This document shows, piece after piece, positions 27,131-39,554 of a stretch of DNA of 64,000 bases. The stretch comes from Vicugna vicugna (taxonomy: Eukaryota): positions 3,174,419-3,238,418 of the forward strand of contig MU058198.1 in assembly GCA_013265495.1 (NCBI GenBank), in the 5' to 3' direction. How positions within the stretch are numbered: position 1 is the first letter of the stretch; each line of letters starts with the position of its first letter. The translations under genes were made by a program, and so were the position numbers. A model generated the notes under the pieces. That model saw nothing but the letters and a program-made list of their open reading frames with translations. It made no database searches and had not been told where the DNA came from.

Positions 27131-27248
27131 GCCTGTATTCGCTCCTGCTTCCAAGACCACATGATCACCAAATGCAGCTGTGGCCACTACCTGTACCCGC
27201 TGCCCCGCGGAGAGAAATACTGCAGCAACAGGGAGTTCCCAGACTGGG
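27131..27248 (+). CDS. SCNN1B: SCNN1B coding exon 7 (human exon 8)
   Basis: ccccag|[39 protein letters not shown]|gtgagt; 118 nt. Confidence 0.97.
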
Positions 27249-27794
27249 GTGAGTGGGGAGCCCCCCAGCAGGGAGCCGGGGCCCACAGAGGCTCTGACTG
27301 CAAGGGAGGGGAGGGCTCCACGCCCTCAGCAGGGCCCAGGGGTGCCCAGGCCAGCTCCTCAGTCCACAGCCCCTCTCACCCTGGCTCCCCGCTACTCCTC
27401 GATTCCATAAAGCATATGCTTGAAACGGGTATGTTTGGGGGAGAATCTGTACTTAAGACCTGAAGCGCCAGGAAGAGGAGCCCCTACTGGGCTCACGCTG
27501 AGCTGGAGTCCAGGCCAGAGTCTAAACACCAGTGGGTGTGTGGGTGTTGTTGGTGGCAGAGAGGCCCATCACCTCTTAAAACTACCAAAATGTGTGGACG
27601 AGGGGGGAAAATGTTATCCCTTCCAATCACCCATCCCTTTCCACAAGGCCCCATTGCCCCAGCCCGCCCCCTACCCTCGGGCCAGGGTTGGGGGTGACAA
27701 GAGAGTGGCCCAGGGCCAGGAGGGCAGGGGGCAGCCGGAGGCTCAACGCAGAAACCCTGCTCAGAGTCTCTCCCCACCACCCCCTCCTGCTCAG

Positions 27795-27870
27795 CCTACT
27801 GCTACTCAGCCCTGCGCATGAGCCTGGCGCAGAGGGAGTCCTGCATCGATGTCTGTAAGGAGTCCTGCAA
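27795..27870 (+). CDS. SCNN1B: SCNN1B coding exon 8 (human exon 9)
   Basis: ctcag|(A)[24 protein letters not shown](N)|gtgagt; 76 nt. Confidence 0.96.
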
Positions 27871-27944
27871 GTGAGTGCGGCCTGGAGACTCGGGCGGGCG
27901 GCGGGGTGTGCGGGGACAGCAACTGGCCGCCTCCTCTCTTCCAG

Positions 27945-28002
27945 TGACACCCAGTACAAGATGACCATCTCCATGGCCGACTGGCCTTCTGAGGCCTCTG
28001 AG
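27945..28002 (+). CDS. SCNN1B: SCNN1B coding exon 9 (human exon 10)
   Basis: ttccag|DTQYKMTISMADWPSEASE|gtaagc; 58 nt. Confidence 0.97.
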
Positions 28003-28593
28003 GTAAGCCAGCCGAGTGGCCAAGCTCCCGGCTGCCCAGCGCTGGGCCGGAGACAGGGCTGGGCATGTCTGCCAGCTGTTTAGAACTTGAGAGAGTTCCT
28101 TCCACTTCCTTCTACCAGTGTCCCTCCTGGCACTGTGCAGAGGACACAGCAGTGAGCGAGAGACAGTCCTTTGCTTATGCAGCTTACGTTCTAGTTGAAG
28201 AGACAGGCAATATATAGAAGTGAGGTAATTTCAAGGTGTGGTAAAGGCTGTATAGGAAGGAAACAGGATGATGAGAGTAACTGGGGGAAACCACGTTAGA
28301 GAGGGTGGTCAGGGAAGACCTCCCAAAAAGGTGACATTGAGTTCAAACTGGACGATGGGGCGAGCCTGCCTGGGTGGGCAGGGGAGGAGGCTCCAGGCAG
28401 AGGGAACAGCAGGTGCCAGGGCTGGAGGTGGGAAAGAGCTGGTGCAGGGAGACCCCAGTGCCTTCTCCCCAAAACAGCAGCCACGGCATGCACTTCTCCC
28501 TTCCTTTTCCTCGCTGTGTCAACACGTGGTCCCCAGGGGGCTTCAGGAAGATACAGGGCTGTAGTCTGCCTCCAACGGTAGCAGGGCCCCTGA

Positions 28594-28710
<117 letters not shown>

Positions 28711-28944
28711 TGAGGCTGGAGTCTGGGTGGGGCAGGAAAAGCAGAAAAGAGGAGGAGCCAGAGCCTCCGGGGAGGGGTTTGAACACAGGGCAGCTACTCA
28801 GACATCTTCTCACACTGGTCAGATCCAGGAAAATCTAGAGGAGGAAGCACTGGAGTGAGAGAAACGCCAGCCAAGGGGCTCAGAGCCTGCCACTTCCTAA
28901 AGGATAGCCTGTTCTTCCTTCTGTCACCTGTTCACCCCCGCTCC

Positions 28945-29145
28945 ACTCATCCATCACCGACCCCCCACCCATCCATCCATCATCCCTCCTTCCAGTCTTC
29001 CACTCACCAACCCGTCCATACACACACCAGTCCATCCACCCCTCCACCCATCCATCTACCCACACATCCATCCATCCATTTATCCCTCCATTGTCCATCC
29101 TTCCATTCTTCCACTCATCTGTCCATCCATCCATCTTTCCATCTA
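28945..29145. repeat. Degenerate (CCAT)n simple repeat
   Basis: Repeated ccatccatccat units. Confidence 0.85.
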
Positions 29146-29774
29146 TTCAACAAAAGTACGCATTGAGCACAAGAAAGACACAAGGTTCATACTATCAGGA
29201 AGTTCGAGACCAGAGGACAAGAGATATGTGAACAGGGCTTCTGGTGATGAGAGTCTGCACAAGACCCTCCCTGTGGGAGCCCAGCAGGGAAGGAGGTGCC
29301 TCCTGCCTGAGATAAGGGAGGTATGTATCGGGAGGTGACACTTGAAGTAACCCTCCAAGGAGGAGGAAGAACTGTTCAGACAAGTAAGAAGAGGCAACAG
29401 TGCCGGGCAGAAGCCTAGAGGTGAAAGAGCAGAGCCTTCCTGAGGCCCATCAGGTGTAGGGGGGAAGCTCACTCAGCCCCCTTCTCTGCCCCAGGTCCCC
29501 CAACAGAAGGCCAAGGCTTAGGACTCTGTGCAGAGTCTACTCGGAGTGGGGGAGGGGAGCTCAGAGCCCATCCTCAGGTCTGTCTAGGGCCAAGGATCCT
29601 TTAGAAAGCTGGTTTAGACGGCGGTGCACAGGATGGGGGCTGGGTAAAGATGCTCTTTGTGGCCCCAAGGCCTAGAGGGCTCTCATTGGGACCTCACCAT
29701 GCCTGAGAGAGGCTGTGTAAGAAGCTTGAGCCAGAGGAGGGTGGGGGATGGGGGTGTGTGCCTTGCTGCCTTTC

Positions 29775-30013
<239 letters not shown>

Positions 30014-30195
30014 TAGAGGAATTGGGAAGGTCCCGTAAGCAGTCCCAAATTATTTCCCTGGGCTGAGACCAGCACCCCTTCCCCCTGCCTGGCCAACCAC
30101 CCCCCCTCATAGAAAGCCACGAGGCTGGGCTTGAGGCAGCAGTTGGTGGCCTGACCCCCACCCCTGCCAGGCCCTCAGTCCCCTGCTTCCCATAG

Positions 30196-30576
30196 ATCGT
30201 CTGGCTGCTCTCAAACCTGGGCGGCCAGTTTGGCTTCTGGATGGGGGGCTCGGTACTGTGCCTCATTGAGTTCGGGGAGATCATCATCGACTTCGTGTGG
30301 ATCACCGTCATCAAGCTGGTGGCCCTTGCCAAGAGCCTGCGACAGCGGCGGGCCCAGGCTCGCTACGCCGGCCCGCCGCCCACTGTGGCCGAGCTGGTGG
30401 AGGCCCACACCAACTTCAGCTTCCAGCCTGACGTGGTCACCCCCGGCCCCAGTGCTGGGCCTTATCCTGATGAGCAGCTCCCGCCCATCCCGGGCACCCC
30501 GCCCCCCAACTACGACTCCCTGCGTCTGCAGCCATTGGATGTCATCGAGTCCGACACCGAGGGTGATGCCGTCTAG
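30196..30576 (+). CDS. SCNN1B: SCNN1B last coding exon (human exon 13): TM2, selectivity filter, PY motif, stop
   Basis: catag|[33 protein letters not shown]...[38 protein letters not shown] encoded at 30499-30513. Confidence 0.98.
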   Translation: MVWLLSNLGGQFGFWMGGSVLCLIEFGEIIIDFVWITVIKLVALAKSLRQRRAQARYAGPPPTVAELVEAHTNFSFQPDVVTPGPSAGPYPDEQLPPIPGTPPPNYDSLRLQPLDVIESDTEGDAV

Positions 30577-31071
30577 ACTCTGCCCCTGCCCATCCCGGGA
30601 AGCCCAGGAGTTCAGCCCTGAGCAGCTGAGACCATTGCCCAAGGCCCTGTTTATGATGCCCTCTCCACAGGGCCAGGAGGATAGGTGTCCAAGGCCAGAG
30701 TCTGTCCCTCTCCGGAGAGGCTAGCAGCCCTGGCCAGTCCCAGTCCTCCATGGGTCATGGTGCTGGTTCAGGTGTGGGAGCTGTGTTCTGCGCACAGCCC
30801 CAGCCTGACCTGATCCTTGGCCTGGGATGCCCTCAGCCAGGTTTCCAGACCCCGAGCCTCCTCTCCTGAGGCGGGCCACTTCCCTCCCAGTGACAGTCAC
30901 CGTCTGCCCCAGGCGGGCATGCTGTGCTCTCTGTCCCCAGAATCAGCATTCTTTCCCTTCCTGGCCTGGGCTGACTGGGTGAAAGGGTTTAGTGGGGGCG
31001 GTGTTTGTGGAGAGCAGGAGGAGCATCAGGCATCGGGGGCCCTGCCAGGTGGCCCATGTTCTGTTCTGGAA

Positions 31072-31077
31072 AGTAAA
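31072..31077 (+). terminator. Probable SCNN1B polyadenylation signal (variant AGTAAA)
   Basis: AGTAAA ~500 nt after the stop, followed ~25 nt later by a U/GU-rich tract (tttgttctttgt). I saw no AATAAA between the stop and 32171. Confidence 0.55.
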
Positions 31078-31691
31078 AGTAGAAAACAACAGAGTCAAGC
31101 TTTGTTCTTTGTCCGCCTGGGCAGCCGGAGCGCCCGGATGCCTCTCTCAGGGCAGAAGGGCATCCGTGCTAACTTGAGAGCAGCAGCCTGGCCGAGGAAA
31201 GGCCCAAGCGGGTGATTTTTAAAGTTTCTTTCAAGTTGTCCCTGAAGCAGTGGCCTGATGACTATTTCAGTGTCATCCAACTTACTTCTTTGGGTTGTAA
31301 GAACAGAGAAAAAGGGAGGTATGGGGCAGCGGGGAGAAACACTCAGACTGGCTTAAGCAAAAGCATCTCCAGCAACTCGAACGATATCTCCTCTCTCTCT
31401 GCCTTCCCAGGCAGGCTTTCCTCACATGGCAGTAGCAAAAGGCCATTTGCAACACCAAACACACCTCTAGCTTAGCAAACCCAGCTAGGAGAGAGCAACT
31501 ATTTTCCAGTTGTCTTAGCAAGTTCCCAGGCTGCTCTCTCATTGGTCACTGGTTGGCTCACATGCCTGTCTCAGAACCAATCAGTGTGCCCAGCTGGTAG
31601 GCTGCTGGGATTGGCCAGACCCCGCCCATTCCTGAGGCCAGTTAGCCCCCAACAGAATCACATCATCTGAGGGTGGTGTGGACACAGCTCC

Positions 31692-32405
31692 TAGGGGTGC
31701 CAGATAAAATACAGGCTGCCAAGTTAAATTGGAACTTCAGACAAACACATTAATTTTTCAGTAGAACTATATCCATGTAATGTTGAGGGGCATAGTGTGG
31801 GGAGCCACTCATGACCTGAGGACGGCCGGCACAAAACAGGATAATAAATCTTGAGTGCTAGCGTCAGGCTTTGAGGTTGATCTATCAAAGACAATCTCTG
31901 TCCCGCCACCCCTTTGAGATGTTTGCGTCAAGGAATCTTAAAACCTCAGGAACGTCCTATGCTAATGAGACACTAATGGCCTTTGAGCAAGAAGATACAA
32001 TCAGCATACAAGTTACTGATCTAAGCATATGGTGGTTTATGGGAACAATACACAAGTTAATGATTTTACTACACGCTATCAGGTGGTCTTAAGTTTAGAA
32101 GACAATGCCTTTGCCTACGTGAAGGAATGCACACTCTAGCTGGTTGAAATTGTATAAATTAACTGCTGAAAATAAACTCGTTGTCCATTCTTGGTCTTGC
32201 GTCTTGCAGACTTAGAGTGCGACCCTCTCAACCCCACCTTTTAGTGTCGTCTTTCTTTTCTCAGTCCTGCAGCACAGGTTTCTGGACCTGCTCGTTGTCG
32301 GCTGGCTCCCACAGCATAGTATACTAACAAATCATTCACTGTTTTTCTGAAATTCATATTTAACTGATCTCCCTCTATTTCTCATTGCTAAATGTGGCAA
32401 CCCCA
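31692..32405. mobile_element. MER53-like palindromic DNA transposon, split in two by an LTR insertion (halves 31692-31795 and 32314-32405)
   Basis: Termini taggggtgccagataaaatacagg... and ...ttgctaaatgtggcaacccca; internal aagttaaattggaacttcaga / tctgaaattcatatttaact form the inverted arms. Confidence 0.8.
31796..32313 (+). mobile_element. Solo endogenous retroviral LTR (518 bp), probably class II / ERVK-like
   Basis: TG...CA ends, inverted termini tgtggggagcc / ggctcccaca, perfect 6-bp TSD gcatag (31790-31795, 32314-32319), TATAAA 32153-32158, AATAAA 32171-32176. Confidence 0.88.
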
Positions 32406-32544
32406 AGGGCTTCTCCAAGATTAGGGAGCCGTTATCAAAGAAGAATGAGATCTGGCAGCTGCAGACAGTTGACCTACTGTCACCTGCCAGCCCCGGAGGT
32501 GAAGGAGGGTGGGTGGGGGATGGGGATGTGTGCCTTGCTGCCTT

Positions 32545-32546
<2 letters not shown>

Positions 32547-32597
<51 letters not shown>

Positions 32598-32670
32598 TGT
32601 CTGTCTGTCTGTCTGTCTGTCTCGCTATCTCTCTCTTGCTCTGTCTGTCTGTCTATCTGTCTGTCTCTCT
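32547..32670. repeat. Long (GT)n(CTGT)n microsatellite
   Basis: About 25 uninterrupted GT units followed by CTGT units. Confidence 0.95.
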
Positions 32671-32959
32671 TCTAAGGGTGGAGAAGAGTTTGCTGAGCTA
32701 TTTCGGGGGCCCTCTCATCCTAGTTAGGTGTCCGTGGGCCCAGCCCAGCTGGCCTAGAACACCTGGGTTCTCAGCCTGGAAGGCAAACAAGCTGTTCTCC
32801 CATAAATGCCCACGATGGCACCTGTGCAGGAAGGAGGGGCCACAGGCGTGGTGCCACTCCAGCCAAAGGCAGCATTGCTGGGGGTTGAGTGGGGAGGGCC
32901 GAGGGGCAGCCGGGTTTCCCAGCTCAGGGCCCAGCAAGTCTACAGGCTGGAGTCATGAT

Positions 32960-33236
32960 TCTTTTCTTTTTTTTATTGAAGTATAGCTGGTTTACAGTGT
33001 TGTGTTAATTTCTGGTATACAGCATTGTGAATATATATATATTCCTTTTCATATTCTTTTTCATTATAGGCTATTACAAAGTGTTGAATATCTTTCCCTG
33101 TGCTATACAGTAGGACCTTGCTGTTTATCTGTTTTATATATGGTAGTTGCTATCTGCACATCCAAACTCCCGTTTTATCCCTCTACACCCCTCCTTCTCC
33201 CCTGGTAACCATAAGTTTGTTTTCCATGTCTGCGGA
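32960..33236 (-). mobile_element. L1 3'UTR end with poly(A) (poly-T on + strand)
   Basis: tttttattgaagtatagctggtttaca...ccctgtgctatacagtaggaccttg...ggtaaccataagtttg. Confidence 0.8.
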
Positions 33237-35319
33237 GTCACAATTCTTGGTTGTTACCACACTTACTATGATGACTGGGACTTTTATTATTAGCAGTGGT
33301 AGTTGTTGTCACTACACTATTATCATTTGTTGTTTTTAAACAATGGCTACATTGTATCAAACCCTTACCACACACCAGGCACCAGGCCAAGTACTTTATA
33401 AGTCTTATTTCATTGAATTCTCATAACCACTGAGAAATATGATCATTCCTTTTTACAAATAAATAAATAGATGCTCAGAGAGGTTAAAGTAAGGTACTAG
33501 AATAGATTGATATTTCAGTAAGTGCCAAAGGTGAGACTCCAACTTCATCCTCTTGCTGCCATAAGAATACAGTGGTCATCAGATACCAGTCCCTCAGAGG
33601 AGCCCAGGGCTTTCGTTTTTATTATCTCATGTGATGCTATGGGGCAGGCAGAGCAATGATTATTATTTAGCTCCTTTTGCCAGCTCTTTGGTCACAAAGT
33701 TAATTTGAGTTGAATTGACTTAAGCTAAAAAGGGAAGTCATTGGGTTCTTATAATTAAACTCTAGGGATTTCAGGCATGGCTGTATCCAGCGTTTCACCT
33801 AGCTCTCGTGGTTTCTCCAGCTACTGGCTTTATTTTCTTCTGTGTTGACATCCCTCTCAAACAGTTTCTCTCCATGTGCTACTCTTCCCCCTACAGCCCC
33901 AGACTCCATTCCCTCAGCTCAGCAACCACAGCAGGAAGAAAACTTTTCCCTCACAGTGTCCTAGCAGAAGCCTCGAGAATGAGGCTCGTTCTGAACCGAT
34001 TACTGTGACTGAGAATGGGAGATGCTGCCTGGCCAGCGCTGGGTGTATCTATGGTGGGCAGCCCCTTACAGACTCCCATGAGAGGTTTTGTTCAGAGACA
34101 TGTTGAAGCAGCAGTGGGAAGGGGTTTCCTGACCCCAGAGCTGCTTGAAGACGTCAGATGGGACCAGGCTGACATGCGCACTGGCTGCCACCCCTCCCTC
34201 TCTCGGGGAGTACTGAGGGCTGAGGTGAAGATGGATGATGGCCCCATCTCCGAGCAGGCCCTGGGTCAAGCATTCCTCTCCCCTCCAGATCCAGAGGAGA
34301 AAAAGGCAGTCCTATTTCTAATGTGAGGCCCCATCAGAGCCTGTTAGAGCTGAAAAATTAGGCTAGCAGGGCCAAAATTACCCATAAAATGGCATTCTGT
34401 CTCTACTTGCAAAGGGAGGGAAGGTTAAGATGCTGGAGGACTATGAAATTAACACTTTCTACGTGCTGTTGCCCCCACTGTATCTCAATGGCTCTTCAAG
34501 TAACCCTGTGAGTTAGGTACCAATATGACCCGTTTTTCAGATTAGGAAATGAGGCCAGAGAGGTGAAGGACTTTCCCAAGGTCAGCTGGGAGGTGGCGAA
34601 GCTGGGACGAAGCCTGTCCCAGTGGCTCTCATCAACACTGGCACAGAGGTCACTGCAAAAAGGTCACGTTAAAACAGCACTTTTCACCTTCCAGGTTTCC
34701 AGCTCCCACTTCAAGGCAAAAGCCAGCCTCAACCCCTGCCAGGGACAGTGTGATCCCCCACGTGAGAAACCAGAATATTTTTCTTGGCGCAGGTTGGCAA
34801 GCTGATGCTCTTTCAGGGCTAGCCAAACTGGTTCCAAAGATGTGGGGACAGAGTGTGTGGGAATCCCTAGATGACAGAGCCAGAGAGACATGGCCCTGGC
34901 AGCCCGGTGGGGCTCGTGGAGAAGCCACAAGTGCAGCCTGCCACTCTGGAGGGCTGGCACGAGCAGGCTGACCCAGCTGGGATTCGGTGCCGCACTGCAG
35001 GCTTCCCGCCCCGGCTGACAGGAGCACAGGCGTCAGAGTCACCGGGCTCGCTCTGAGCTCCAGACCTGCCACAGTGTGGCTGAGAGACTCAGGGCAAGCC
35101 CCTTAGACCCCCTCCAAACCTCAGTTCCTTTGTGTGTGAAATGGGCATCATATTCTCCCATCCAAGGCTGCTGTGAGATGTGGATGGGAGACGAGTAAAG
35201 CTCACCCAGGCCCGGAACACAGTGCACGTTCAATTCCATTAAAGGACCCTGAGAGAAACAGCTGCTTCCCTTTCTCCCAGCTTGTTCAGGCAGCAAGAAA
35301 TCCCAGCTGGTCTAAGTCT

Positions 35320-35483
35320 GGGTTTCTCTACTGGAGGTGATCTGGTTATCACGACTCGGGCAGTACCACCGGCATCCAGTGGGTGGAGGCCAGGGATGCT
35401 GCTAAACATCCCACAGGGCACAGGACGGCCCACGACAGCTGTCCCGCCCAGGCGTCGGTAGAGCTGAGGCTGAGAAACCCTGG
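35320..35483 (+). mobile_element. MER20-like DNA transposon fragment
   Basis: ggcatccagtgggtggaggccagggatgctgctaaacatcc...gctgaggctgagaaaccctg. Confidence 0.75.
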
Positions 35484-36427
35484 TGGACGCCAGCCCTGTT
35501 CCTGAGTTCCCAGCCTCCCTTGCAGTTGGGAGCATGTCCGGCGACCTGGCAGAGCCAATGAGGCTGAGGAGAAAGTCGGCGGGGGTCTCTGAGAAGGCCT
35601 TTGCCTCCCGGTGGAGGGGACCGAACTGCTGCTTGGATGCCGTACCTGCAGGTGCAGGAGTCACCCTGCGAGGATGAGGCACCAGGCCCGCAGGGGAAGG
35701 TCAAGGTCACAGGAAGGCTGGTCCTGGTCCTGACTCAGTCCAGCCACTACATCACAGCCTGAAGCCACCATCATTTGACTTCCTGTTATTGAGAAAAATT
35801 AATTCTGATTTGTTTAAGTTACTCAAATTACATTATTCTGTTCCTTTTAGCCAAGTACAATCTTAACATACAGAAGCTACTGACAAAAAACAAACAAAAA
35901 ATAACCCAAACCTGACAGCACCTACATCCTACGGGTTTTAAAAAAGGGAAGATGAAAGGCCACAGTTTCACCATGGCCTGCAGGACCCTCTGTGACCCAC
36001 CCCTTCCTCTCGGACCCCACCGCCTACTTCTCACTTCCACTGCTGGCTGTGGACGTGGCCGAGGGGTGTGAACACCCCTGGAGCGCCACACATCCTCTGG
36101 GCCCAGGGCTGCCCACCCAGCTGTTCCGAGGCTGCAGCCCCTGGTGCCCTCTCTGCCCCCAGCACTAACATCTGGGGTGGTCTTGGTTCACCTCCCGATT
36201 CCCCCTCCCTCCCTCTTCCACAGCCTCTTTCCCGGCCACACCCCCAGCGCAGGCAGCACTGCCCGTGGGAAGCACCCAAATATTCACTGAGGAAAGAGGG
36301 AAAGGAAACAGCCTTCTTTCATTTCACAGTATGTATTCATTGCATTTGCAAGATCAGATCATTTAAAAAAAATCATCTGAAAATTCCCCTCTAATAAATA
36401 ATGCACCTCTAATTTACAACTTTTTTT

Positions 36428-36433
36428 TTTATT
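36428..36433 (-). terminator. Probable COG7 polyadenylation signal AATAAA
   Basis: tttatt on + strand, ~115 nt downstream of the COG7 stop. Confidence 0.6.
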
Positions 36434-36547
36434 ATACAAATGAACCCAGCCTTTTTGAAACAAATTCTGCCAGTCTCAGGCGGATTTTTAGACCAAATCC
36501 ACTCTGGAGAGTTCTGTGGCCCGGGAACCCTAGCCGGGGGCCGGGGG

Positions 36548-36714
36548 TCAGTAGTCCACACTCCGCATGGCAGCCACTGTGGAGGCGAGGCGCCGGGGCA
36601 GGCCTTTGCTGACCTGTCTGTAGTCCTCGGGTTTGGCCTTCAGGAGCGTCACGATGTTCTGGAGGGTGCGGGACGGCTGCAGGCCCAGGGCGTCCATCAC
36701 GTTGATCAGGTAGT
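36548..36714 (-). CDS. COG7: COG7 exon 17 (last coding exon, stop TGA)
   Basis: (D)[54 protein letters not shown]; acag acceptor at 36715-36716. Confidence 0.96.
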
Positions 36715-38972
36715 CTGTGCGGGTGGGAGCAGACAGGCGTGCCGACAGACTCAGCACCAACGCGATGAGCCCCAAAAGGCCTCCCCCACCTCCCCTAAGA
36801 AATAAGATGTCCCCCAGGCCCCCACGTGCTGGCTGCCGGGTCTGCCCTCAGCCCGCAGGCCTTGACTCTGAGGGTTTTTCCAAGGGTGTCAAACCTGATT
36901 GTGCGCTAGGCCCGAACCTAGGAATTCTAATTCAGCAAAGGAGTTGCCAACATACCCGCCATCTCCATCCCCACCCCCACCACACACTCAGCTCTCCAGC
37001 ACGACCAGCTGACTTCACCAGAAGCTCTACACTGGGGTCTCCTGGGTTCCCAGCCCTGCTCCCCAGACGACCCCACGGACCACGTGGAAAACCCAAGGGG
37101 TCAGGAACACGCGCACTGAAGACTTCGCAGTGGAGCCCTACAGTGGAGGCAAGGACAGTGCCCACATCTCCCAGATAAGTCCTTGGGGTACAAGGTAGAG
37201 CCAGATTCCTGAGCCCAGGCCACGTCAATGAGCATCTCCAAGAGAGGGTCGAAGAATCCTGTCCTTCCGAAAAGCAGCCCCACCATTCTAAACACCGGGC
37301 AAGCTTGGGCGGCACCGGCCAAGTGGAGGAGAAGACCAAGGCTGGGGTGACCTCGGTGAATCCTTCCACCTGCGGACGTGGCTAACACCTGTCAGGCAGC
37401 ACTGTTAAGAGGATGAAGTGGGATAAAGACCATGAAAGCACCTGACATGACATAGGGGTCAATAAATGGGTGTTCCTTTCCTTCTTCCTTCCAGGGAGGC
37501 TTGGGCCTGGGCGAGGGAGGCATGGCAGCCTCCTCCGGCTCCTCCCTCTTCCCTCTGGTCTCTCCTTACTTTCTGATCGCCACCCGCCTGCATTCGTCTC
37601 TCTCCCTGACTCCGGGCAGGCTCTGTCTTCCCCATGTCCTCTTTTTGAGGCCGGGCTCAGAGCAGAGCCCACAGGAGGTGCCTGCTCTGCCCTGGCTGGC
37701 TCACATCCCATCCCCCACCAGGGAGGGCACCGCCAGTCAGGCACCTGCCTCCTGCACACGTTCATCCATAAAACTGTCAGCTGCGCTTGGCTGTAAGCCA
37801 GGACCTGAGAAGCGGCAGCCCAGGATCTACTGTGGTATCTTGTTTAGCCAGCAAGGGGGTTTGGGGTTTGTTTCTTTTTAGTGCTCAATTCGAACGTCTT
37901 TAAGGTGGCCACGCACTGCCACAGGCCTCACCGCTGTCTATCGTGTCACACCTGGCAGCTTCCTGGCCCCTAACCGCACTCCTCACAGCTAAGCCACTGC
38001 AGATCCGGAGGGGGAGCCTAACAGGCTGGGAGACATGATGCGGACAAACTGAACTAGCCGCAGCTGGTTCTCTCCTCAGTGCTCCACCTCTGCCAACAGG
38101 GAGCACGAGCGAGCACTCGAACCTCTTCATCTCCTCCCTGAACACGTGCCCAGCGAGGTGACGAAAAGCCGGCTGTCGCCCTGCGACTGCTGAGAGCTGA
38201 CCCGGGATGAGCGCAGCGCAGGGAGTCAGCGCAGCTGGGTTGCAGGCCCGGCTCCCTCCCTCACTGCTATTTCTTCTCTGGCAAAACAAGAGGCTGGCGT
38301 GGCCCTGAGGTCACGCAGGCCAAAGCTCTGGCTGGGTCCCCAGGAGCTGACCTTTGAGGCTCCCACCACCCTCACCCTTGAAGGCTCCAAGAACAGGCAA
38401 GTCAGTGGAATGATACCAAGAGGCCGGGGAGACTCCCCTACCACCTGCCTGCAGTAACCCCCACCTCAGAGCACCCCCCCGCCGGCAGCACTGCCTCCAG
38501 GGATGTGTGCCAGCGGGAGCAGGTCGGGGGCAGGTGGGCACGCATCCCCTGACATCAGCTGGGAGACAGGCAGGTATTCTGATGAAGACCACAGGACCAC
38601 CCTACCTAGGTGGCCTCATGATGCAACTGCCCTGAGCCCCCGTTTCCTTATCAGTATGATGAAGGCAGGAGCGCCAACCTCACAGGGAAGTTTTGAGGAC
38701 TGCATAAGACAGTGGGTGTGAGCGCTTGGCTCAGCGCCTGGCACGCCCGGCGCGTAGTGAGAGCTTAACGTCGATTTGGATGACGACTGTATTAACAAGC
38801 AGCGGGCAAGGTGCGGGAAGGCAGCATCACACGAGTCTGCCCCACTCATCCCAACCCATCTCAGCTTCCCTTAATGGTTCTCCCCTTAATGGTTCTCAGC
38901 CTCGGCAACTGTCAGAATCCCTTGGGCTTCAATCCAGATTGACTTTGACAGAATCTCTGGGGGCAGGGCCTA

Positions 38973-39554
<582 letters not shown>

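Noticed and set aside
30433..30435. Val at the position of human T594 (T594M variant)
   Set aside because: As recalled, this position is variable among mammals, so it is not informative alone.
30499..30513. Possible Liddle-type PY motif change
   Set aside because: PPPNY is intact and the frame is open to the normal stop.
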